A program made the translations under genes and the position numbers. Below are positions 18,133 to 25,843 of a stretch of DNA of 64,000 bases, in pieces; the first letter of the stretch is position 1; each line of letters starts with the position of its first letter. The stretch covers positions 2,138-66,137 of the forward strand of contig JALZUO010000037.1 in NCBI GenBank assembly GCA_023301565.1, written 5' to 3'. The DNA comes from Oligoflexales bacterium (GTDB lineage: Bacteria > Bdellovibrionota_B > Oligoflexia > Oligoflexales > JALZUQ01). Below the pieces are notes generated by a model. It ran no database searches, was not told the origin of the DNA, and worked only from the letters and a program-made list of their open reading frames with translations.

Positions 18133-18630
18133 ATGTCAAAGTCTTCAGTAGCCATATATCCAGGTAGCTTTGATCCCTTTACGACAGGACATCTAAATAT
18201 TTTGAAAAAAGCCCTCTTGGTTTTCGATACAGTTATTTTGGGCGTAGGTGTTTCTGAAACTAAAAAAGAGATGTTTTCTCCTGAGCGCCGCGTGGCCTTT
18301 ATTAGCAAAGTCGTTGCGGCAGAAGGTATCGACCCGAAAAGAGCCAAAGCACAGTCTTTTTGCGGACTAACCGTCGGCTTTGCACAGGAGGTGAATGCAT
18401 CTCACATCGTGCGGGGCGTTCGAAACTCTCTTGACTATATCTACGAGCAGCAGATGGCATTTACAAATGCAGGCTTAAACGAAAAAATTCAAACGATGTT
18501 TTTGCCTAGCTCTCAAGATACGATTCATATTTCTTCTACGCTGATCCGCTCGATCCTGAGTATGAACGGCGATTTGAAGGGGTTGGTGCACCCAGTTCTT
18601 GCTAAAGAGTTAACTGCCACAGGTGCTTAG
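18133..18630 (+). CDS. coaD: phosphopantetheine adenylyltransferase
   Basis: MSKSSVAIYPGSFDPFTTGHLNIL (the T/HxGH nucleotidyltransferase motif) and ISSTLIR near the C-terminus. The internal ATG at 18133 is preferred over the track start at 18037, which overlaps rsmD. Confidence 0.9.
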   Translation: MSKSSVAIYPGSFDPFTTGHLNILKKALLVFDTVILGVGVSETKKEMFSPERRVAFISKVVAAEGIDPKRAKAQSFCGLTVGFAQEVNASHIVRGVRNSLDYIYEQQMAFTNAGLNEKIQTMFLPSSQDTIHISSTLIRSILSMNGDLKGLVHPVLAKELTATGA

Positions 18631-19571
18631 TCTAACTTTTGAATTCGAGCCCATAGTGTAAAAGAAGACTTTTTTTCACTTTTACCCCACCGCGTAATCA
18701 GTGGGCTGAGGATTGGTATCTTGCGTATTCCCGTAATTCGGCCATATTCTTTTCGGTTCGAATGCATGCCAAGGTTTCCGATTTTAGTATTTTTTTCAAA
18801 ACTCAAAGGTATGCGACTTTTTATTTTCTTACTCGAAAGAGACCTGGAGCTCTCAGATGCTTTATAACTAGCATCTAAAGCAAGTACAGGTTTTCCTTTG
18901 TGGCTGCTGTCTACTCTGCCTTTTATGAATAAACCAACATTCTTCCAGGCGGCATAGTGGTATTGGTCTATGTTTTTGTGGTGTGTTTGTTGTTCTCCAC
19001 CATCTCTTGCTTCAAAGGGCGCCCCAGCTTGTATGATTATTTCAATTTGCTCTTTAAACCTGCTGTGGTTGCCATGGCTAGGTAGGGCTGATTCAAGCCT
19101 TGCATAGGCGTGCATACGACCGACACCAGCCTTAGGCCTGCGTAGGTTTTTGCCAAGTCCGCTAAGATTTATTTCCGCCATTTTATCTGTTGTGTTTTCT
19201 TGAACCCAAAACTGCAGGCGGTAAAACTTTCTAGGTGAGTTTCTATGGGTTTTCTTTAGTCTATTTTTTTTAATAACCTCTATCACTACCCTCGGCGATG
19301 GCCCGTAGGCGTCCTCTTCCGCGTCGCGGATAACCACAACTCCCTTTTTAAGGCCAGTGATAAGGTAGGATTCCCCTGCCAGGTTTTGGATATCTATGAT
19401 GTTTCTTCTGCTCAGTCGTAGGCCGCCAGGAAGTTGTAGTAGAACCTCTTTGCTTTCCCCCTCGATAAGAACTATTTTTTGATGCAAGGCAGGGTTGTTT
19501 TGCGCTTGGGCCGCAGGTGTTTGTGAGCATAAGAATAGAAGCCAAGATGAAAGCCTTAGGAGTGATTTCAT
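18627..19571 (-). CDS. compact secretin-like outer-membrane protein (CpaC/RcpA-type N-domain plus short secretin-like C-terminus)
   Basis: Signal peptide ending AAQAQ. KIVLIEGESKEVLLQLPGGLRLSRRNIIDIQNLAGESYLITGLKKGVVVI resembles the pilus-formation N-terminal domain. The C-terminal GIRKIPILSPLITRWGKSEKKSSFTLWARI resembles the secretin IPxLGxxPxLGxLF...L-I-F-I-T end. Confidence 0.45.
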   Translation of the reverse strand: MKSLLRLSSWLLFLCSQTPAAQAQNNPALHQKIVLIEGESKEVLLQLPGGLRLSRRNIIDIQNLAGESYLITGLKKGVVVIRDAEEDAYGPSPRVVIEVIKKNRLKKTHRNSPRKFYRLQFWVQENTTDKMAEINLSGLGKNLRRPKAGVGRMHAYARLESALPSHGNHSRFKEQIEIIIQAGAPFEARDGGEQQTHHKNIDQYHYAAWKNVGLFIKGRVDSSHKGKPVLALDASYKASESSRSLSSKKIKSRIPLSFEKNTKIGNLGMHSNRKEYGRITGIRKIPILSPLITRWGKSEKKSSFTLWARIQKLD

Positions 19572-19572
19572 T

Positions 19573-19977
19573 TTATCTATCTCCGTACTTTATTTTATAA
19601 ATTTTTATACATTTCTCGCGGATGCTATTTTTTTTTGCCCAAACTATGTTTTCAAGCTGTTCAACTTGCCTTCGGTGAATGCGGTCAAACTCTAAAACAT
19701 GTTTTTGACCAAAAGAAAGATGACGCGCCCCTCTGATTTTGCAAGGTTTTCCGTCGAGATTGATAGCGGGCACGAGACTTTGGCTTTTTGGGTCTTGACT
19801 AGGTTTTTTGATCAGATATAGCCATTTCCCTGCTGGTAGAGAGGTTGCGTCTAGCCTTGGCTGTGTAAATAAGCTTGCAGAAAATAAGCCTAAAAAAAGA
19901 ACCGCGAGGTGAGAAGACAGAGGTGGAATGGTAGGTATTTTTTTAAGTATTTTTTTTTTCATAGCTAGTTTTTCCAT
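19573..19977 (-). CDS. hypothetical membrane-anchored/secreted protein (134 aa)
   Basis: Basic N-region plus hydrophobic segment HLAVLFLGLFSASLF. It sits 1 nt upstream of the secretin-like gene and 4 nt downstream of the 201-aa ORF. Confidence 0.5.
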   Translation of the reverse strand: MEKLAMKKKILKKIPTIPPLSSHLAVLFLGLFSASLFTQPRLDATSLPAGKWLYLIKKPSQDPKSQSLVPAINLDGKPCKIRGARHLSFGQKHVLEFDRIHRRQVEQLENIVWAKKNSIREKCIKIYKIKYGDR

Positions 19978-19981
19978 ATTG

Positions 19982-20587
19982 TTAATAAGTTTGTTGGCAT
20001 TTTTTCAAGCTTTTACTATCTAATGGCACAATTTCCTGGGTACACAAAATGTCTAGCCACTCATTTTTTCTTTGATAGTCAAACCTTGCTAAGGCTTTTA
20101 TGGGCCTTGCATCGCCGAACAAAATTTCAAGAGATTCCTTGTGACTGTAGGTTTCCATAACAACTTTGCTGGTTTTTATAAGTAAGAGGTTTGATCTTAC
20201 AATCTCTGCCAAACTCAACAAGACAGCGAGCGGTGCAAAAAAAATAGTTTGATATGCTCTGTGGTTAGCTTGGGAAGATACCTTGCGCTTATACCTGTAG
20301 TTCCACAGCCCGTTTTGGCCTTCAGACTCAAGAGTGATGTTGCCTGGAAGGTTGTGACACGTCTTGAGATCTCGCGGATCTTTATGGGTTGTGAGTTTTT
20401 TCTCATGAAGTAAAGCAGTCAGGTTTTTTTTTGCAGCCTCCCAACTGTGGCATATAATATGCTGTTTGGTTTGCTGCAGTTGGTTGTGAGTTGTCCTAGA
20501 TATTTTGATTTGGCGAGTTGCTAGGTGAAAGCATCCTCCTATGCAGATGGTCCAAATAAGTATTTTTTCTGCCAAAGCTTCATACAT
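19982..20587 (-). CDS. hypothetical membrane protein (201 aa)
   Basis: Two hydrophobic segments: ILIWTICIGGCFHL and IFFAPLAVLLSLAEIV. It is the first gene of the tightly spaced three-gene minus-strand unit. Confidence 0.5.
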   Translation of the reverse strand: MYEALAEKILIWTICIGGCFHLATRQIKISRTTHNQLQQTKQHIICHSWEAAKKNLTALLHEKKLTTHKDPRDLKTCHNLPGNITLESEGQNGLWNYRYKRKVSSQANHRAYQTIFFAPLAVLLSLAEIVRSNLLLIKTSKVVMETYSHKESLEILFGDARPIKALARFDYQRKNEWLDILCTQEIVPLDSKSLKKCQQTY

Positions 20588-20710
20588 GGCTGGGTTCTAC
20601 ATAAAAGAGAGCTATGCCCTGAAGTGACGTCTTTCTTGGTGATTTAAATAAGTAAAAACAAATACTTGCAGAGCTTAAGGTTTGACCTAATTCTTCCGAA
20701 AGGAAGTAAT

Positions 20711-21517
20711 ATGAGAATTAAAAAACATTTATACTTGGTCTCTTTATTTTCGTTAAGCCTTCTGTTTGCCGGCTGTTCGTCGGAAGCAGAGATTCGCGCT
20801 ACTACCGGCGTTGCTGGTATAGGCCCAGGAGGGTCCGGGGATTTTGGCACCGATTTGCCTGGTGGTGACACAGGTGATGGTTCGGTCAATAACGGAGCTG
20901 CATGTACTGACCTTTTGTGCTTGCAAGTAACACTTTTCTTTCGTGACACAGGCATTGCTACGCCTTTAACAAACTGTAGATCTAGCGGGTTTGACACCCT
21001 ATGTTCTGTATCAGTTCCCGAGCGGGATTTGTTTCTAAACGATCTGCAGTTCGTTTCTCAGACAGGAGATAGTCAGACCTGTGAGTACCTGCAGTTTGAA
21101 TACTACAGGTATAGACGCTCAGACAGCGCTGTCTATACTCCTCCTGGTTCTCAGGTTGAGGTGGATTGTTCCATTGGTGATGCAGCACAGGAATCAAAGT
21201 CTTGTTGGGGTGGAGCTTGGACAGAGTCTGAAATTTTTCCTAACTTTACAAGGAGATTTATAAACACTGCAGTTAATAATTTGTTAACTATCGACGTACT
21301 CTCTTCACTTTCCTTTTCACCAGGAAACCCAATTGGCAACCGGTTTGCAGCAAACGACCTAAGTAGCCGCTCGGTATCGGCGGCAAACTATCATGGTGGT
21401 TCTATGGTGGATTATGAGGTGAGCTGTTTGGATGAATTCAATGAGACTGTTTCAAACATCATCCTAGAGATTGTCGAAGACGATGGCCCAATAGATCAAA
21501 TTAATGGTTGGGATTGA
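20711..21517 (+). CDS. cysteine-rich lipoprotein, function unknown
   Basis: MRIKKHLYLVSLFSLSLLFAGC has a textbook lipobox (LFAGC). A Gly/Asp-rich linker is followed by about 10 Cys. The ATG at 20711 follows GGAAG and is preferred to the track start at 20666. Confidence 0.6.
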   Translation: MRIKKHLYLVSLFSLSLLFAGCSSEAEIRATTGVAGIGPGGSGDFGTDLPGGDTGDGSVNNGAACTDLLCLQVTLFFRDTGIATPLTNCRSSGFDTLCSVSVPERDLFLNDLQFVSQTGDSQTCEYLQFEYYRYRRSDSAVYTPPGSQVEVDCSIGDAAQESKSCWGGAWTESEIFPNFTRRFINTAVNNLLTIDVLSSLSFSPGNPIGNRFAANDLSSRSVSAANYHGGSMVDYEVSCLDEFNETVSNIILEIVEDDGPIDQINGWD

Positions 21518-22463
21518 TCGCATAAGGCAAAAACAAATCTAACGAAGAACGTATGTTCTGTTTTTCTTGCGCGGCTGCAAATAGTCTTTCTACACCAAAG
21601 GCTGCACCACATGCAGGTGGAATGCCATTTTCACAAATGTGCTTGATGATAGGCTCTTTTGCGGGCACCTCTGAGCGGTAAGTAAAGACCTCATGTACTC
21701 TTGATTTAATTTGCTCTGCTTCATTTTCTTCAAGAAAACAGTTTCCAAGCTCAATGCCATTTAAAAACAATTCAAACCTTGCAGCATATCCAGTTTTCTT
21801 GTCACCGACTCTTTTGCTAAGTGCTGATTGTGAGCGAGGGTACTTTTCGAGGACCACTTTTCCAAGCTCTGCTATTTTAGGCTCTACTTTCTCAATAAGG
21901 GTCTTAAAAAAGGCATCTTCAAAGGAATCTTCTTTTTTTACTGATACAGTCCCGGCAGCCATAGACTTTGCGGCAAAGTCAGTGTCTTCATCTATGAGCT
22001 CTACCCCCGCAAACTGCTCAAAGGCTTCTGCCATCGTGATTCGATGCCATGGCTGGTCTTTTTTTGCATCGATACAAGTGTCTACAAGTGTCGTGCAATG
22101 CTGCATAAAACTCTCGTATTCCCACCCGGTTTTGTAAAACTCCAGCATGGTGAACTCAGGGCTGTGCCACGGTCCTAGTTCTTCCCCTTGGCGCATACAT
22201 GGGCCGATTTCGTAGATTGCATCCATACCGTTTGCTAGCAAGAACTTGTGCATGACCTCAGGGCTGCTTCGCAGGTATAGCTTGTGCTCGCCCCTTACAG
22301 GGTGGTTCCACTGTGTTGCGAAATACTTTAGGTGCTTTTCAACGCCTGGGGTTTTAACTAAAACAGGTGTTTGGATTTCCATAAAATTCTTTGAGTCAAA
22401 AAAATCTCGCAGCTTCTTTCGAAAAGCTGCGAGATTTTGAAGTTCTTGTTTTAGATTTTGCAT
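21501..22463 (-). CDS. epmA: EF-P lysine ligase (class II LysRS paralog)
   Basis: 320 aa. FMEIQTPVLVKTPG, YLRSSPEVMHKFLLANGMDAIYEIGPCMRQGE and SPEFTMLEFY align by eye with E. coli EpmA/PoxA. Confidence 0.8.
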   Translation of the reverse strand: MQNLKQELQNLAAFRKKLRDFFDSKNFMEIQTPVLVKTPGVEKHLKYFATQWNHPVRGEHKLYLRSSPEVMHKFLLANGMDAIYEIGPCMRQGEELGPWHSPEFTMLEFYKTGWEYESFMQHCTTLVDTCIDAKKDQPWHRITMAEAFEQFAGVELIDEDTDFAAKSMAAGTVSVKKEDSFEDAFFKTLIEKVEPKIAELGKVVLEKYPRSQSALSKRVGDKKTGYAARFELFLNGIELGNCFLEENEAEQIKSRVHEVFTYRSEVPAKEPIIKHICENGIPPACGAAFGVERLFAAAQEKQNIRSSLDLFLPYAINPNH

Positions 22464-22488
22464 GTTTTGTTCGACTCTATTGCTTTGG

Positions 22489-24921
22489 TTATTTCGACTT
22501 CACAGAGTCTTGTAGTTTCTTCTCGCGTTTTACTGCAAAAAGCTCCGTCGAATGCAGTTTCTTTTCGATTTTCTCAAGGGCCGAGCCGGGGCTGTAAGAT
22601 TTTTCACGCAGACTCTTTATGCCGAGCGGCACGCCTGTCGCAATCTCAAAGACCTGCCAGAAGTACTTGACGGGTATGACTTTAAACGTCCCCTTCTTCA
22701 CAGCTTCTTGAATGTCACGGTGTAGCATTAGATCAATTGCGTTCTGGTGTGGCAGCATAATTGTAAACGGCCCCTTTTTGCCCAGAAGTTTCGTTACCTT
22801 AAAAAAGCCTTCGATCTTCTCGTTGACCCCGCCAACCGGTTGAACCTCACCAAACTGGTTAACGCTCCCTGTCATAGCCAGGTTTTGCATCACGGGTATT
22901 TCCGATAGCGAGCTTAAAATTGCTGTGAGCTCGGTGATGCTGGCACTGTCGCCGTCAATCATTCCGTAAGATTGTTCAAAACAAACGCTAGCTGAAAAAC
23001 CTATTTTGTACTTTCTGCACAGCAGTGAATTTAAAAACCCAGTGAGGATGTACATGCCTTTATCGTGGATTTTTCCGGAAAGGCGGACAGCTCGCTCAAT
23101 GTTTAAAATTCCGTCATCGGAAAAGTTAGAAACAGCTGTGACTCTGCACGGTTTTCCAAAGGAATAATCACCGAGATCAAGTACGGTGAGGCCATTCACT
23201 TGTCCTATGGTTTTGCCCGATACAGATAGCAATATGTTGTCATCTTTGATCATTTCAAGAAGCTGAGCTTCGTAGAGGTTATGACGGTAATATTTTTTTT
23301 CTAGAGCTTCTTCCACATGTGTTCTTTTGACAACTTTAGACCCTTTAAGTTCAGCTATAAAATCCGCTTCAATCGAAAGATCTTTTAGCTGGCCGAATTG
23401 CGTACTTAGCTGCGACTGGTTATCGATAAGCCTTGAACCAAACTCAACAAAGGCTGATACTGCAGCCCGGTCAAACGGTTTGAGTGACTCTTGTTCGCAA
23501 CGCTTGGCTACAAACTTTGTATAAGAGCGCATGTTCTTTTTGTTTCGTGGCATCTTATAGTCGAAGTCTGCCTTGATCTTGAATATTTTTGGAAAGTCTT
23601 CATCCATATCAAAAAGGCTGTGATAGATATAGTCGTTTCCAATCACAATAAGCTTTAGGTTTAAAGGCATGCTCTCTGGTTTTAGGCCAGAGGTCGGCAG
23701 CATTGAGTACTGCTCTCCCATGTCTTCAATAAAACCCTCGCCGTGTCTTATAACCCTTTTTAAGGTATCCCATATGGCTGGGTTGGTTAAAAGGTCCGAA
23801 GCATTTAATACAAGGTATCCGCCATTGGCTTTATGAACGGCCCCGGCTTTGATCATAGAGAAGTCTGTCGAGTAGATCCCGTTTTCTATGTTCTTCTCTA
23901 TTTTTCCAAAAAGATTGTAATAAGTAGGCTTGTTTTCAACTACCAATGGTGCGTTTTTTTGGTTTTTATTATCAACAAAGACATTGACCCGGTACTTCAC
24001 AAAAGGGTCCCGCTCTTGACGGCGCACTGCTTGGTTTTGTTCTTCGTCTTCAGATTGATAAAAGTGAGCCAAGTTTTCTAGAACAGCTTCTTCGATATCA
24101 TCAAGGTAAGACAGTATTTGTTCGAGATCTCGGTAAGACTCTCTAATGGGCTTAATCAAAGAACGTATGACTTCTTGAGCTGTTTCGTCGCGTTGCTTTT
24201 GAACGTAAGCTCTTGTGTCGGTGTCGATAGAACGAACACTCCTGGCAAAGTCAAGAATAGCAGGCTCTAGCTCTTTTCGGCCGGTTTCAATCTGCTCTCT
24301 TTGCGCAGGGCTTAGGTTTGCATAAGCAGCGTCGTCTAGCTGTTGCCCCTCCACAAGTGGAATGGTTTCTATGCCTTGGTTAGACATTTTTACTTCAAAG
24401 CTTAGTGAACGTCCGACTTTTTCTAGTTCGTTGAGAAGCGTGTTTTTGCGTTCGTTGGCGCTGCCAACTCTGGCGTTTACAACTTTTTCGAACTCTTCGC
24501 CTTGCAAGACATCGGAAATTTGTGAGCGTAAGTTCCCAACCAACTGGTCCATGGTTTTGGCGAACTTGCGTGCACTGCCTTGCGGCATCGGAACAGCTTT
24601 AGGTTTATCTTTGTCCTCGAAATTGTAGATATAGATCCAGTCTTCTGGAGCTGGCTGTTTGTTGGCCCATTTTCTAAGGTATGACCTCATAACACTGGTT
24701 CGCCCCGTGCCTGGAACGCCACTTACATAAATATTGTAACCTGGCCTGGTGATCCCAAGTCCCATTTCAATTGCTTGGATGGCGCGTTCCTGAGAATAAA
24801 TCTCGTTGGTTGGTTTAAAGTCGTCCGTTGTTTGGAACTTTGGCAAATCGGAAGAAGAACAGGCTTTGTACACTTCGGATTTTTTGAGCGGTTTTGGTAG
24901 GCCAGCAGTTACTTTTGACAT
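22489..24921 (-). CDS. Lon-like serine protease with degenerate AAA+ motifs and a helical insertion (LonC-like)
   Basis: 810 aa. The S16 protease domain has DGDSASITE (Ser) and GGVNEKIEGF (Lys). Walker A reads GVPGTGRTS (Arg instead of Lys). The Walker B position reads GGYLVLNASDL (NA instead of DE). Confidence 0.8.
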   Translation of the reverse strand: MSKVTAGLPKPLKKSEVYKACSSSDLPKFQTTDDFKPTNEIYSQERAIQAIEMGLGITRPGYNIYVSGVPGTGRTSVMRSYLRKWANKQPAPEDWIYIYNFEDKDKPKAVPMPQGSARKFAKTMDQLVGNLRSQISDVLQGEEFEKVVNARVGSANERKNTLLNELEKVGRSLSFEVKMSNQGIETIPLVEGQQLDDAAYANLSPAQREQIETGRKELEPAILDFARSVRSIDTDTRAYVQKQRDETAQEVIRSLIKPIRESYRDLEQILSYLDDIEEAVLENLAHFYQSEDEEQNQAVRRQERDPFVKYRVNVFVDNKNQKNAPLVVENKPTYYNLFGKIEKNIENGIYSTDFSMIKAGAVHKANGGYLVLNASDLLTNPAIWDTLKRVIRHGEGFIEDMGEQYSMLPTSGLKPESMPLNLKLIVIGNDYIYHSLFDMDEDFPKIFKIKADFDYKMPRNKKNMRSYTKFVAKRCEQESLKPFDRAAVSAFVEFGSRLIDNQSQLSTQFGQLKDLSIEADFIAELKGSKVVKRTHVEEALEKKYYRHNLYEAQLLEMIKDDNILLSVSGKTIGQVNGLTVLDLGDYSFGKPCRVTAVSNFSDDGILNIERAVRLSGKIHDKGMYILTGFLNSLLCRKYKIGFSASVCFEQSYGMIDGDSASITELTAILSSLSEIPVMQNLAMTGSVNQFGEVQPVGGVNEKIEGFFKVTKLLGKKGPFTIMLPHQNAIDLMLHRDIQEAVKKGTFKVIPVKYFWQVFEIATGVPLGIKSLREKSYSPGSALEKIEKKLHSTELFAVKREKKLQDSVKSK

Positions 24922-24963
24922 TCAGTAGTTCCCCCGCGGTATGTGCGCTAATGCATAGATTTT

Positions 24964-25003
24964 CAAAATAAAAACCGGGCTTTCGTTAAAAAGAAAACCC
25001 GGT
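24964..25003 (-). terminator. rho-independent terminator (minus strand)
   Basis: On the minus strand: ACCGGGTTTTC / GAAAGCCCGGT, an 11-bp stem with one G-U pair and an 8-nt loop. It is followed by TTTTATTTTG. Confidence 0.65.
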
Positions 25004-25097
25004 GAATATTTTGTCATAGATCATGTTCAGCGTCTTTTTTAGTTGTTTTTATGCCTATAGCATCAACAACTGGTCAGACATGCCTTACAAACGGACT

Positions 25098-25199
25098 CTA
25101 CGTTCGAAGTTCGCGTCTTTTACGCATCATTCTTCGCTTTTTTCTACCTAATTTACGTCGCCCCTTGGGGTGCTTTCTCTTGTGCCTACATCCGTTCAA
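25098..25199 (-). CDS. candidate small hyper-basic protein (33 aa), possibly a ribosome-associated bS22/AURKAIP1-like peptide
   Basis: Below the track length cutoff. TTG start with AGGAG 9 nt upstream. Translation is MNGCRHKRKHPKGRRKLGRKKRRMMRKRRELRT (18/33 Lys+Arg). An intrinsic terminator lies ~95 nt downstream. Confidence 0.35.
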   Translation of the reverse strand: MNGCRHKRKHPKGRRKLGRKKRRMMRKRRELRT

Positions 25200-25360
25200 A
25201 TGCTTGTACTCCTGGTCTGTTTCGTGAATGAGCTCACGTCAGTCCGAGCAATTTACCCAACTTGGACAAGCACTGCAAGTAAAGTTGTAGGTCAGTGAGC
25301 AGAAATGCTAAACTACTGATAGATTTGAGCTTTTTCATTGAATATTAGCCGGGAGCGCTT

Positions 25361-25843
25361 ATGACTGAGTCAAGAGGGACTAGAGGACTGTTTTCATCGA
25401 TCGTCGAGCCCTTTCGCCAGCTGCGGTTTGGCGTATACGCCATCCTGCTTTCTGTTCTATTTTTACTCGCCGCCGGCTGGATTTTCTATACAGCCTTTAT
25501 GGACCAATACCAGCAGGTGATGGGGCTATTTAACGTTGTAGACGAAGATGTGCAGTGGGAGCTTGTGACCAACGATATCTTTAAAAAGCATGTTTGGCGG
25601 GTAGCTGGGCTGTTTCTTGTTTATTTGGTCGCTCTTTGCTGGATTCTGTTCAAAATTTCTCACCGGGTGTATGGTCCCCTCATATCGGTCGAGCGCTTTG
25701 TAGAAGAGCTTGCCGCTGGGCACTATCAAAAAAGGCTAAAGATACGGCAAAAAGATGACTTGCAGCGACTTACAGAAAAACTCAACTCCCTTGCCAGCTC
25801 CCTTGAAGGGTCAAAGGCAGGAGCAAAAGCTAGATCCGACTAG
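25361..25843 (+). CDS. two-TM HAMP-domain protein without an output domain
   Basis: 160 aa. TM segments are VYAILLSVLFLLAAGWIFYTAF and VAGLFLVYLVALCWILFKI. A HAMP-like YGPLISVERFVEELAAGHYQKRLKIRQKDDLQRLTEKLNSLASSLE follows. GGGAG lies upstream of the ATG. Confidence 0.6.
   Translation: MTESRGTRGLFSSIVEPFRQLRFGVYAILLSVLFLLAAGWIFYTAFMDQYQQVMGLFNVVDEDVQWELVTNDIFKKHVWRVAGLFLVYLVALCWILFKISHRVYGPLISVERFVEELAAGHYQKRLKIRQKDDLQRLTEKLNSLASSLEGSKAGAKARSD

Noticed and set aside
20693-20706. A CTTCC-GAAA-GGAAG hairpin sequestering the SD of the lipoprotein gene, considered as a possible thermometer or translational switch.
   Set aside because: The stem is only 5 bp. That is too weak to support a claim without conservation data.
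24922-25360. A housekeeping ncRNA (SRP/4.5S, 6S, tmRNA or RNase P) in the long gap upstream of the Lon-like gene.
   Set aside because: I could not find any diagnostic sequence block on either strand, such as GGAAGGAAGCAGC, GAGGAAAGUCC, or a tRNA-like CCA end. The small basic ORF explains the SD and the terminator better.
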